Source: Alphaproteobacteria bacterium (lineage in GTDB: Bacteria > Pseudomonadota > Alphaproteobacteria > Rs-D84 > CACZYB01). Taken from it: a stretch of DNA of 64,000 nt. The stretch spans positions 22,749 to 86,748 of the forward strand of contig WQWV01000002.1 of the NCBI GenBank assembly GCA_009785175.1, given 5' to 3'. Positions 27,014 to 36,056 of this stretch are shown here, piece by piece; within the stretch, counting starts at the first letter, position 1; each line of letters starts with the position of its first letter. The notes beneath the pieces are model-generated. The model was not told the origin of the DNA and did not search any database. It saw only the letters and a program-made list of their open reading frames with translations. A program made the translations under genes and the position numbers.

Positions 27014-27901
27014 TTATGCTTGGCGGACCTTGATTTGCGCGCTTAGCGCGGCGCGGTATTTGTCGTTCGGGGAATCCATATAGAAATGTGTCCAGGAATG
27101 AAACGAGTAATCGCGGATTTTATCTATATCAAGCCTTAGGCCGGAGAGTTTTTCATAGCGGGCGACGATTTTACTTAATGTATCGAAGCCATAGTGCAGC
27201 CCGATCTGGCTGAAATCCTGGTGTATATCGCCTATGCCGGCGTCGCCGAAGTCATAGATTCCCTCGATCTTGCCCTTCTTGAAATCGAACGCTATATTTT
27301 TCGGCATGATGTCGAAATGCGAGAAACGCACTATGGCATTCTCGTTGGCGAGTATAAACTTTTTATAGAAAGATTTAAGGAAGGCGCGGTCGGAGGCGCT
27401 TAATTTTTTATCGGCGGCGGTGCGCGCTATGATCTCGGCCGGTTTCGGATAGCGCTCGAACCTATCCCAATACGGAATATACACATTATTGAAAACTTCG
27501 TCCGTCATCGAATGCAGGCCGAAAACGAAGGCCGCTATGTCGTCGCAGAATTTTTGCCGTTTGGCGGGAGGGAGGGCGTCAAGCCCGGCCTGAAAAATAA
27601 AATTTCCGGGAATCTTCTTGTGCCAGGAATAAGTGTATTCACCCTCTTGGATTTTGGAATTCGGAATCGGAAGGCTTGTTTTACCGTGAAGGAACCGCAG
27701 AAGCGCATTATCCTGCTTGAATTCATGCACGATATTTTTGCGCTGGGGAAATTTGACTATTATATCGTCGTTGATGGCAAAGGCGAAAGTGCCCTTGGCC
27801 TTGGGACAAGGAAGCGATAGGGATTTTATGGCGAAATCGCGCGACAGCAAATCAGTCATAAAATGCAAATCATACGCCTGGTGCCGGGAAAGTATTTTCA
27901 T
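27014..27901 (-). CDS. aminoglycoside phosphotransferase (APH)/choline-kinase family protein kinase-like enzyme
   Basis: Brenner motif HFDIMPKN and DFGDAG. Confidence 0.65.
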   Translation of the reverse strand: MKILSRHQAYDLHFMTDLLSRDFAIKSLSLPCPKAKGTFAFAINDDIIVKFPQRKNIVHEFKQDNALLRFLHGKTSLPIPNSKIQEGEYTYSWHKKIPGNFIFQAGLDALPPAKRQKFCDDIAAFVFGLHSMTDEVFNNVYIPYWDRFERYPKPAEIIARTAADKKLSASDRAFLKSFYKKFILANENAIVRFSHFDIMPKNIAFDFKKGKIEGIYDFGDAGIGDIHQDFSQIGLHYGFDTLSKIVARYEKLSGLRLDIDKIRDYSFHSWTHFYMDSPNDKYRAALSAQIKVRQA

Positions 27902-28001
27902 AGGGTAATTTTACACTATGTTCGGGACAAAGGCACGGAAAAAATTCACGCTTGACGGCGCTTCTCCCCCGCCCTATAATCCCCATGAATAAGGAGTTTT
28001 C

Positions 28002-29372
28002 ATGATCAAAGTCGCGGTCGCTATCGCCGCTATCGTTTTGTTATTCGGAGTCGAAGCAGGAGCCAGAAAAGATTCCCGTATCGCCGATGCTTGCAAGTTC
28101 AACAAGGACATAGACACCGAAGTTTTGGATTTGGCGGACGCGATAGAACTCGCGCTTTGCAACAATCCCTCGACACGCGCAACGTGGCTTGCGGCAAAGG
28201 CTGCTACCGCATCTTACAACCGCGCGTATGCGCCATATCTCCCTACCCTTTCCGCCGAGGCAACATATCAGCAGGGGCGCACGGATCAATATACATACGT
28301 CGAGGACAACACGTTGATGACCAACGGAACATCGATCGGCGCGTCGGCAAGCTGGCTTTTGCTTGACTTCGGTCGGCGTGGCGCGAACTATGACATGGCG
28401 CGCGCAGCGATGATGTCGCGCGAGTTCCAGCACAATTCGAACATGCAGGAGACGGCGTTCGTCGCAATCCAAAATTTCTATAACCTTATCTCGGCCGACG
28501 AAGCGCTTGTGGCGGCGCGTGCGAACGAAGATGCTTCGGGCAAGGCCGCGCAAATCGCGGGCCGAAAATTCGAGCTTGGTATCAACTCGCGCGCCGACGT
28601 GTTGCAGGCGGAAACGGCTTTTTACCAAACGCAATTAAATACGACCCGACAGGAACAGGCTGTGTTGATCACCCGCGCGCAGCTTGCCCAATCCCTTGGC
28701 CTTCCTTCAAGCATAGCCCTTCAAATAGCTATGCCAGAAGAGAGCGAGAAGCATTCGATCGAGGCCGAGCAAAACCTTGACGAGCTTATCGCCACGGCGC
28801 TTGCCAACCGTTCGGATTTGCGCGCGCGTATCGAAGACGTGAAATCGTCGAAGGCGGGGATCGACGCTGTGCGGAGCGACTTCCTCCCTACGCTTACCGC
28901 GTTCGGTCGATCAACATGGAATTTCGACCACGACCATGATGCGAACGACCGGCCGTTCCATCACCAGCGCAGCATGGCCGCCGGCCTGACTTTGTCCGTG
29001 CCTTTGTTCAAAGGGTTCGACACGACGTTCGCCTATAGCGCGGCGAAATACAACTATCGCGCGGCGCAGGAAAATCTTAAACTAACCGAGCAGCAGGTCG
29101 AGCTTAGCGTAGTGAACGCATACCACAATTTCTCGACCGCGCAAAAATCGTTGGTGCTTGCGAAAAAAATGTTGGAATCCGCCACGGAATCCGAGCGCGT
29201 CGCTATGGGCTCGTATCAAGCCGGGCGCGGAAATATCCTTAACCTTTTGGATGCACAGGCCGCGCTTGCCCGCGCACGAAACGAGCTTATCGCCGCGCAA
29301 TACGGGCTTTACACTTCGAAGGTAGCGTTATTGAGAATGATTGGAATGCTCGACGCGCGCAACATGCACTAA
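28002..29372 (+). CDS. TolC-family outer membrane efflux protein
   Basis: signal peptide, two OEP repeats with conserved Leu heptads. Confidence 0.75.
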   Translation: MIKVAVAIAAIVLLFGVEAGARKDSRIADACKFNKDIDTEVLDLADAIELALCNNPSTRATWLAAKAATASYNRAYAPYLPTLSAEATYQQGRTDQYTYVEDNTLMTNGTSIGASASWLLLDFGRRGANYDMARAAMMSREFQHNSNMQETAFVAIQNFYNLISADEALVAARANEDASGKAAQIAGRKFELGINSRADVLQAETAFYQTQLNTTRQEQAVLITRAQLAQSLGLPSSIALQIAMPEESEKHSIEAEQNLDELIATALANRSDLRARIEDVKSSKAGIDAVRSDFLPTLTAFGRSTWNFDHDHDANDRPFHHQRSMAAGLTLSVPLFKGFDTTFAYSAAKYNYRAAQENLKLTEQQVELSVVNAYHNFSTAQKSLVLAKKMLESATESERVAMGSYQAGRGNILNLLDAQAALARARNELIAAQYGLYTSKVALLRMIGMLDARNMH

Positions 29373-29393
29373 CAATCGAGATGAGGGGTCATC

Positions 29394-30602
29394 ATGGTAG
29401 AAAATAAAATAGAAACGGGTGGACGGCGGCAGCGAATCACGCGCATCGCAATCATCGCGATCGCAGTGGTGATCGGAGCGTGGCTCATTTTCAAACCACG
29501 TGCCAACAACGCGCGGCGCACGACCGAGGCTACGTTCATCTTCACAGCCATAGAAAAACGCGACATCAAGGCGCAGATAAGCGCGAACGGAAACCTTAAC
29601 CCCGTATCGATCGTAAACGTAGGCGCGCAGGTCAGCGGTATAGTCGAGAAAATCCTTGTCGACTTTAATTCCGTCGTGCGGCCGGGCCAACTTTTGGCCG
29701 AAATAGATCGACAGACGTTCGAGGAAACTTTCCGTTCCGTATCCGCGAACCAAAAATTGGCCGAGGCGAACTATCGCTTTTCGGAACTTGAATATAACCG
29801 GGCGCAGGAGCTTTTCGCCGAAGGCTTCATCGCTCGCGTCGAGATGGATCGCGCGGAAACCGACATGATCGCCGCGCACGCAAGGCTTATCCAGGCAAAC
29901 GCGGACGTCGAGCGGGCGAGGCTTAACCTTGGATATACAGAAATACGCTCGCCGGTCGCAGGCATAGTAATATCCCGCGCGGTCGAAGAGGGACAAACCA
30001 TACAGGCAAGCTTCTCCGCCCCTACTTTGTTCGTTATCGCAGAGAGCCTTAAGAACATGCAGATCGAAGCGGACATTTCCGAGGCCGACATCGGAAACAT
30101 CAAGCGCGGGCAGAATGTGGAGTTCACCGTAGATGCGTTCCCACTTAAAACCTTCCACGGCGTTGTGGACCAGATACGACTTAGCCCCACCACCGAGCAA
30201 AATATCGTAGTATATAAAGTCATTATACGCGTAGAGAATAAAAACGAAGCGTTGCTTCCGGGAATGACCGCGTTCGTGGACATCAACACACAGGAGAAGA
30301 AAGGCGTCCTTTCCGTCCCCAACACCGCTTTCCAATTCAGACCAAATGCACACGACGAAACCATAACCGACTATCCGGAAAACCGCCGCCTTGCCGTCGG
30401 ACAGGGATTCGTCTTCACCTTCGATTCCGCACGCGGGCGTATTGTAGCAAACAGGGTCAACCGCGGAATCACAAACGGGCAGTTCACGGAAATCCTTGAT
30501 AGCGAACTTCGCGAGGGCGATCGCGTGATCAACGAATACAACGATCCCTCGCTTCGCCGAGCCCGACCGCAAGCTCCGCGCCGTCAGGGCGGGCCGATGT
30601 AG
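29394..30602 (+). CDS. HlyD/MacA-family periplasmic adaptor (membrane fusion protein)
   Basis: N-terminal TM, coiled-coil hairpin, lipoyl and beta-barrel blocks (…LGYTEIRSPVAGIVISR…). Confidence 0.75.
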   Translation: MVENKIETGGRRQRITRIAIIAIAVVIGAWLIFKPRANNARRTTEATFIFTAIEKRDIKAQISANGNLNPVSIVNVGAQVSGIVEKILVDFNSVVRPGQLLAEIDRQTFEETFRSVSANQKLAEANYRFSELEYNRAQELFAEGFIARVEMDRAETDMIAAHARLIQANADVERARLNLGYTEIRSPVAGIVISRAVEEGQTIQASFSAPTLFVIAESLKNMQIEADISEADIGNIKRGQNVEFTVDAFPLKTFHGVVDQIRLSPTTEQNIVVYKVIIRVENKNEALLPGMTAFVDINTQEKKGVLSVPNTAFQFRPNAHDETITDYPENRRLAVGQGFVFTFDSARGRIVANRVNRGITNGQFTEILDSELREGDRVINEYNDPSLRRARPQAPRRQGGPM

Positions 30603-30610
30603 GAATTGCC

Positions 30611-31336
30611 ATGTCCGCGAAACTTCCACCGGTAATAAAAATCGCCTCGCTTCATAAAACATATTATATGGACGGAGGACAGAATTATCCCGTGCTGCAC
30701 GGCCTTGATTTGAAAATCGAAGCGGGGGAATTCGTGGCGATCATGGGCCCGTCGGGTTCCGGCAAATCGACGCTGATGAATATCCTTGGTTGCCTTGATA
30801 AACCTACGCGCGGCGAATACTATATCGACGGCGTGCTTGTATCCAAGATGAACCAAGACGAGCTTGCCGACGTTCGAAACCAAAAAATCGGATTCGTGTT
30901 CCAGGGGTTCAATTTGCTTATGCAGCGCTCGATAATCGACAATACCAAAATCCCGATGATGTATCTTGGGTTGACCGGTGCCGAGCAGGACGAGCGTGCC
31001 ATGAAAGCGCTTGCCCATGTGAAGCTTACAGGATTCGAAACGCGCTTGCCGACACAAATTTCCGGCGGTATGCAGCAGCGAGTGGCAATCGCGCGCGCTT
31101 TGGTAAATTCGCCTTCGCTTCTGCTGGCCGACGAGCCAACCGGAAACCTTGATTCCAAAACGTCCGACGAGGTGATGAAAATCTTCACCGACCTTAATCG
31201 CGAGGGAAAGACCGTAGTCGTCATCACGCACGAACCGGACGTGGCGCGGTATGCAAAACGCCTTGTCTATATCAAGGACGGACTTATCAAATACGACGGA
31301 GATGTGAAAAAATTCAAGGCGGGTGCGAATGGATAG
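30611..31336 (+). CDS. ABC transporter ATP-binding protein, MacB/LolD-type
   Basis: Walker A GPSGSGKST, signature LSGGMQQRVAIARAL, Walker B LLLADEPT. Confidence 0.85.
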   Translation: MSAKLPPVIKIASLHKTYYMDGGQNYPVLHGLDLKIEAGEFVAIMGPSGSGKSTLMNILGCLDKPTRGEYYIDGVLVSKMNQDELADVRNQKIGFVFQGFNLLMQRSIIDNTKIPMMYLGLTGAEQDERAMKALAHVKLTGFETRLPTQISGGMQQRVAIARALVNSPSLLLADEPTGNLDSKTSDEVMKIFTDLNREGKTVVVITHEPDVARYAKRLVYIKDGLIKYDGDVKKFKAGANG

Positions 31337-32561
31337 AAGGATTGTCATAGCGCGCGCGGTCGCAAGCGAGGCCTGGATCTCGATCAAGGCAAACAAGCTG
31401 CGCTCGTTCCTAACTACCCTTGGTATTATCATAGGCGTGTGCGCGGTCGTCATCATGGTCGCGGCCGGACAGACCGTCCAGAATATGATCAACCAGCAGC
31501 TTAGCGGTATCGGCGCAAACTTGCTGATCATCCGTCCAGAATTCACGACGCAGGGCGGACTGCGCGGCGGAACGCAATCTATAATCCGCACGAACGACGC
31601 CGACGCCATACGAAACGTCCGCAACATAATCGCCGTATCGCCTATGGTCATGACTACGCGTCAAATAGCATACAAAAGCCAGAACTTCGCAACCCAGCTT
31701 ATCGCAAGCACGACGGATGTCGCCAAAACCGGAAACTATGAAATCGAGTCCGGGCGGTTCTTTGACGAGCGCGACATGCGAGGCGCTGTGCCGGTGGTCG
31801 TAATCGGCTCGACAATTCAACAAGAATTGTTCCACGGTGCAGATCCTGTGGGCGAGGTTATCCGAATCGGAAACGTGCCGTTCACTGTCAAAGGCCTTTT
31901 GAAAACCAAAGGGCAAGGTATCGGCGGGCAGGATCAGGACGCGGTCGTCCTTATGCCCATCACCACTTTCCGTCGACGCATATTCGGCACGCGCATTCCA
32001 AACCGCGTCCAGATGATAATGGCGCAGGTATCCGACGAACGCTTTATCGAAGAGGCTAAATTGCAAATCGAAGTCGTCTTGCGCGAAACTCGCCGGTTGA
32101 AACCGGACGCGGAAAACGACTTTATCATCGATAATATGACCGAGATGTTGAACACTATTCGAAGCGTCGGATTATATCTTTCGGTGCTGCTTGCCTCGAT
32201 TGCGGGAATATCGCTTGTCGTCGGCTCGATCGGAATCATGAATATGATGTTGGTGTCGGTTTCCGAGCGGACGCGGGAGATTGGAATCCGCAAAGCCATC
32301 GGCGCGAAGAATTCCTCGATTTTAATGCAATTTTTGCTCGAGTCGATTTTGATTTCGTTTATCGGGTCGATGGTGGGTATGGTGCTTGGCATAGGGCTTG
32401 GTCAGATCGCGGGCGCGGTGATGGGCTATGCCGTGCCCATATCATATATGACAGTGCTACTTGCCGTCGCTGTGGCGATTGTGGTGGGCGTCGCGGCCGG
32501 TATCGTGCCGGCGATGAAGGCGACGCGGCTTGACCCGATCGAGGCGTTGAGGTATCAGTAA
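31329..32561 (+). CDS. ABC transporter permease, MacB/FtsX-type (split MacB)
   Basis: MacB_PCD periplasmic domain between TM1 and TM2, C-terminal FtsX 3-TM bundle. Confidence 0.8.
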   Translation: MDRRIVIARAVASEAWISIKANKLRSFLTTLGIIIGVCAVVIMVAAGQTVQNMINQQLSGIGANLLIIRPEFTTQGGLRGGTQSIIRTNDADAIRNVRNIIAVSPMVMTTRQIAYKSQNFATQLIASTTDVAKTGNYEIESGRFFDERDMRGAVPVVVIGSTIQQELFHGADPVGEVIRIGNVPFTVKGLLKTKGQGIGGQDQDAVVLMPITTFRRRIFGTRIPNRVQMIMAQVSDERFIEEAKLQIEVVLRETRRLKPDAENDFIIDNMTEMLNTIRSVGLYLSVLLASIAGISLVVGSIGIMNMMLVSVSERTREIGIRKAIGAKNSSILMQFLLESILISFIGSMVGMVLGIGLGQIAGAVMGYAVPISYMTVLLAVAVAIVVGVAAGIVPAMKATRLDPIEALRYQ

Positions 32562-32572
32562 ATAAACTTTCT

Positions 32573-32690
32573 AGCGAAGCCACAGCCGCCAGCAGGGCGA
32601 AAGAGCAGTATTGCGCGCACCCCTGCGTGGGGTGGCGGTTGTGCGCGCAGCGAGGCGAGCTCGCTGGAAAGTCAATGTATAAACGTGAAA
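32573..32690. repeat. R3 structured repeat copy (hairpin GCGCGCAC/GTGCGCGC, loop CCCTGCGTGGGGTGGCGGTT) + conserved 3' arm GAGCTCGCTGGAAAG
   Basis: 3' arm also shared with copy at 4486-4520. Confidence 0.8.
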
Positions 32691-32872
32691 ATGCCCCGGC
32701 CAAGGAGGAGAGAGAGAATAAGGAGGGAATGGCCGGGGCTACTATGTCATACCGAAATGAGGGGTCGTCCCGGTTAAACACAGACCTGCTGAAAAGCAGA
32801 TAGCACTATTTTAGACAGGATTTACATTATTTGTCAACCGATTTCTTAAAATATTATTTTGTCAAGGTATAA

Positions 32873-32893
32873 TATCCTGTATTTACAGGGATA
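32873..32893 (+). promoter_or_regulatory. inverted repeat TATCCTGTA-tt-TACAGGGATA (candidate operator) ~80 bp upstream of poly-G promoter
   Basis: 9/10 complementary arms. Confidence 0.3.
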
Positions 32894-32970
32894 ATTTATA
32901 TATAAAATTCCTATGGGCGCGCTTTTGCGAATCGGTATATAGACCTTTGGCGGGATAGAATGCTTTATGC

Positions 32971-33000
32971 TTGACAAAATCCTGTGGGGGGGGGTAGATT
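32971..33000 (+). promoter_or_regulatory. TTGACA-[aaatcctgt+G9]-TAGATT promoter with G9 tract (32986-32994) in 18-nt spacer, driving the 33032-34666 operon
   Basis: -35 32971-32976, -10 32995-33000, AAGGA SD then ATG 33032. Confidence 0.55.
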
Positions 33001-33031
33001 GTGTCTAGAATAATAGTTCAAAGGATTAATA

Positions 33032-33448
33032 ATGAAAAGATTCCAACTTTCGGTAAGTAGCGGCAAGGCGGTGGAGAATCACCTGGTCGAATGCAAAAAC
33101 TGCTCCAACAAATGCGCCATGCAAAACCGTGTCGACGAAAGCCCTCGGGACGCAATAAACGGATACGAGGAAGTAGTAAACTTCCTTATGAAAACACACG
33201 GCTGCATCGTGGCGCGAAATGTCGTCGCAAGGCTTCTGGGTTTTAACTGGAGAGCAAGCAAAAAGGACGTCGAATTCCTTATCTTTGCCGACAAGGGCGG
33301 AAAGAACGGCAAAATAAAACTTGCAATCAATTTCCCGGAAGATTATTCCGATATGGAGAAGGCTATAGTAATGATCGACGATATGAAGCACGTCATACAA
33401 CACCACAACAGGTCCCCTATAGCAGGCGCCAAAAAAGGCGGGAAATAA
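33032..33448 (+). CDS. novel small protein, paralog 1 of 3 (N-terminal Cys cluster C-x2-C-x3-C; conserved KIxLxINF…DM block)
   Basis: 138 aa; shares N-terminal CxxDCxxC-NKP-like motif and C-terminal GKIKLAINFPEDYSDMEKAIVMIDDM block with next two ORFs; GC-poor. Confidence 0.55.
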   Translation: MKRFQLSVSSGKAVENHLVECKNCSNKCAMQNRVDESPRDAINGYEEVVNFLMKTHGCIVARNVVARLLGFNWRASKKDVEFLIFADKGGKNGKIKLAINFPEDYSDMEKAIVMIDDMKHVIQHHNRSPIAGAKKGGK

Positions 33449-33450
33449 AC

Positions 33451-33879
33451 ATGAACCGTTTCGAATTTAACATCAACTATGCCGGCAAGGGAATTATCGA
33501 TTGCGCGGTCGATTGCAAAAGCTGCCTTTATAAACCCGAGCGCTGGGACCGCTCGAACTGTGTAAGGCTTCAACCGCACGAAACCGTCGACGGCGCCGCA
33601 AACGTCGGGCTATACCTTACCAACGAAGCGAAAGATTGCGCGGTGGCGGCCAAGGTCGGCTCGTCGCTTGTCCAGAAATACAACGGCGGCGCGCTTTCGA
33701 TTTCCATACCGAAAACAAAAAGCGGCGCGTGCAACAAAATCGAAATCAACCTTTTCGTGCCCGAGGCGGACATGGGTGGCGACTATATTCGATCGCTTGT
33801 CGGCAAAATAGCCACGGAAATCGAGCGTTTCGACATAACCAAGGGCGCCACCATGGCATCACTTAAAGGAAGCAAGTAA
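33451..33879 (+). CDS. novel small protein, paralog 2 of 3
   Basis: 142 aa; IDCAVDCKSCLYKPE…NKIEINLFVPEADMGGDYIRSLVGKI; 2-nt intergenic gap. Confidence 0.55.
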   Translation: MNRFEFNINYAGKGIIDCAVDCKSCLYKPERWDRSNCVRLQPHETVDGAANVGLYLTNEAKDCAVAAKVGSSLVQKYNGGALSISIPKTKSGACNKIEINLFVPEADMGGDYIRSLVGKIATEIERFDITKGATMASLKGSK

Positions 33880-34349
33880 TGAAAACTCTCTCCTTCACAA
33901 TGAAAAACGACGGCGCGGACGTCAAGACATGCTCGATCGACTGTGCGAACTGTCTCAACAAGCCGGCGGACGCGGAGTCGTGCATAAAAATCGCGCCAAG
34001 CGAAGCCATACTTAAATGGACCTTCGTAATGAAATACCTCGAGCAATTCAAGGGCCGAAACCTTGGCGGAGATATAGGCGAAACCGGCATAGAAAAAATG
34101 GGCTGCATTATCATCAGGGACATATACAACACAGTAATGCAATACGGAAAAAGCATACGTATACCCGAACTTCGCATGTCCAAAGCAACGGAGGGCGAGG
34201 GGAAAATCGGCCTTAGCCTTAACGTTTCCAAAAAAGACATGGACAACGATCGAATCATAGAGTTCATCGACCGAATAGCCTATGCTATTATGGAGCGCGA
34301 CAGCTCGATGCTCGAGACCGCCCAAGGTCAGCTTCAATACGGAGGCTAA
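33879..34349 (+). CDS. novel small protein, paralog 3 of 3
   Basis: 156 aa; CSIDCANCLNKPADAESC…GKIGLSLNVSKKDMDNDRIIEFIDRI; start overlaps previous stop. Confidence 0.55.
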   Translation: MKTLSFTMKNDGADVKTCSIDCANCLNKPADAESCIKIAPSEAILKWTFVMKYLEQFKGRNLGGDIGETGIEKMGCIIIRDIYNTVMQYGKSIRIPELRMSKATEGEGKIGLSLNVSKKDMDNDRIIEFIDRIAYAIMERDSSMLETAQGQLQYGG

Positions 34350-34351
34350 AA

Positions 34352-34666
34352 ATGCAAATCATAACAAAAAAGTATTTCGGCATAGGGGCGGTTGCGAAGA
34401 AACTTGTTTTGATGGAATCGCATGCGATGAGGGAAATAGGAGAATACCTTATGATGAGGCAAGCCGTATTCGCCCTGCCCCCCTATAACGAGTGGTATGA
34501 GATAATACTTACCGTGCGCGGAGAGGCCAATACCACGATAGAAGTTTGCGCTACCAGAGATTTGGCGCCAGCCCAGCGACGGGCGGTAGAAACAGACGCG
34601 AAGGTGATGCAAGGCATAATCGACCATTACAAAAATAAAAATAATACGGGCAAAAGTGGACGCTAG
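34352..34666 (+). CDS. hypothetical small protein (104 aa), fourth gene of operon
   Basis: 2-nt gap after paralog 3. Confidence 0.45.
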   Translation: MQIITKKYFGIGAVAKKLVLMESHAMREIGEYLMMRQAVFALPPYNEWYEIILTVRGEANTTIEVCATRDLAPAQRRAVETDAKVMQGIIDHYKNKNNTGKSGR

Positions 34667-34669
34667 TTT

Positions 34670-35164
34670 TCAAGACGTCCTTGAGACCTTCATCAACCGC
34701 TGCTTCTCGCGTTTCCATTCGCGTTCCTTGATCGTCGCGCGTTTATCGAAATTCTGTTTGCCGGTGGCGATGGCTATGAGGAGTTTCGCTTTGCCGCGGT
34801 CGTTGAAATAAAGGCGCAGCGGGATTATTGTAGAACCTTTCGCGGAAAATGCTCCGGCGATTTTTTCGATTTCCTTTTGTTTCATCAAAAGGCGACGCGG
34901 GCGTTTTTCAGTGCGGGCGGCGAAGGGGCTTTCGGCCTCGAACTTGCCGATGGTGATATTGTTTATAACAAGACCCTTGGCGTCCGGGCTTACGTATCCG
35001 TCGGCGATATTCGCGCGGCCAAGGCGGAGCGATTTGACTTCGCCACCCGTGAGGCTTAGGCCTGCTTCAAACGTTTCGCCGATGGCGTAGTTAAACCTGG
35101 CGCGGCGGTTTTCGGCAACCACGCCCGTCGAGATGAATTTCTGTTTTACTTCTTTTTTGCTCAT
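34670..35164 (-). CDS. smpB: SsrA-binding protein SmpB
   Basis: 164 aa; …RARFNYAIGETFEAGLSLTGGEVKSLR… SmpB signature. Confidence 0.9.
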   Translation of the reverse strand: MSKKEVKQKFISTGVVAENRRARFNYAIGETFEAGLSLTGGEVKSLRLGRANIADGYVSPDAKGLVINNITIGKFEAESPFAARTEKRPRRLLMKQKEIEKIAGAFSAKGSTIIPLRLYFNDRGKAKLLIAIATGKQNFDKRATIKEREWKREKQRLMKVSRTS

Positions 35165-36012
35165 TTTTCATTACCCCTACTGGATTCCGGGTCAAGCCCG
35201 GAATGACGAAAGGAGAGCCCCAAATCATACATCTCATTTTTATTAAGTCCAAATAAATCCGCGGCGGTGCTTGCGGCTTCCTTTAGCGGCAACGATTTAA
35301 GCAAGCGTTTCATTATCTTTGCGGCGTCCACGTTGTCGGCGGTCTTTTCCGCTGGCGCGATGAGGCCAACTATTTCGCCCTTCGGCGATTTGAAGTGCGC
35401 GGCGAGGTCGGAGGCGGTGCCGGACTGAACCTCCTCGTAGAGTTTCGTCATCTCGCGCGCGATTGTTATTTGCCGGTCGGGCATGATTTCCGCGATTGCT
35501 TTTAATGTAAGCGGCAGGCGAACGGCGGATTCGAAAAATATCACCGTGGCGTCGAGGTTGCTGTGCCGCTCAAAAAATTCCTTGCGCGCCTTGGCTTTTT
35601 CCGGGACAAAGCCTGCGAACAAGAAACAATCGCTTGGAAGGCCCGAGAGCACCAGCGCGTTGATGGCCGAGCATGCGCCGGGAACGGACGTGATGAAAAC
35701 TCCCTTGCGGCGCAATTCGCGCACAAGTTTGAATCCGGGATCGGAGATCAGCGGCGTGCCGGCGTCGCTTATCAACCCTATCCTTTTGCCGGAGGCTATA
35801 AGTCCCGCGATTTCGGCCGTCTTGCCCGCCTCGTTATGATCGTGCAAACTTATCAACTTGGATTTAATCCCAAGGTGGGAGAGAAGCTTGCCCGCAACGC
35901 GCGTATCCTCGGCCGCGATAAAATCCATGGCGCCAAGCGTTTCCACCGCCCGGCTTGAGATATCGCCAAGGTTGCCGATCGGCGTCGCAACTATGTAAAG
36001 TCCAGCTTGCAA
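35161..36012 (-). CDS. rsmI: 16S rRNA 2'-O-ribose C1402 methyltransferase RsmI (tetrapyrrole methylase fold); C-terminal ~15 aa are encoded by an R1 repeat
   Basis: LYIVATPIGNLGDIS…AEDTR N-terminus typical of RsmI; divergent from lpoA as in E. coli yraL/yraM. Confidence 0.85.
   Translation of the reverse strand: MQAGLYIVATPIGNLGDISSRAVETLGAMDFIAAEDTRVAGKLLSHLGIKSKLISLHDHNEAGKTAEIAGLIASGKRIGLISDAGTPLISDPGFKLVRELRRKGVFITSVPGACSAINALVLSGLPSDCFLFAGFVPEKAKARKEFFERHSNLDATVIFFESAVRLPLTLKAIAEIMPDRQITIAREMTKLYEEVQSGTASDLAAHFKSPKGEIVGLIAPAEKTADNVDAAKIMKRLLKSLPLKEAASTAADLFGLNKNEMYDLGLSFRHSGLDPESSRGNEK
35179..35207. repeat. R1 hairpin repeat copy inside 3' end of rsmI ORF
   Basis: ACTGGATTCCGGGTCAAGCCCGGAATGAC. 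Confidence 0.8.
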
Positions 36013-36056
36013 AGTTCAATTCCTTTTGCTATATAATAAAACACTTTCGAGGGAAA

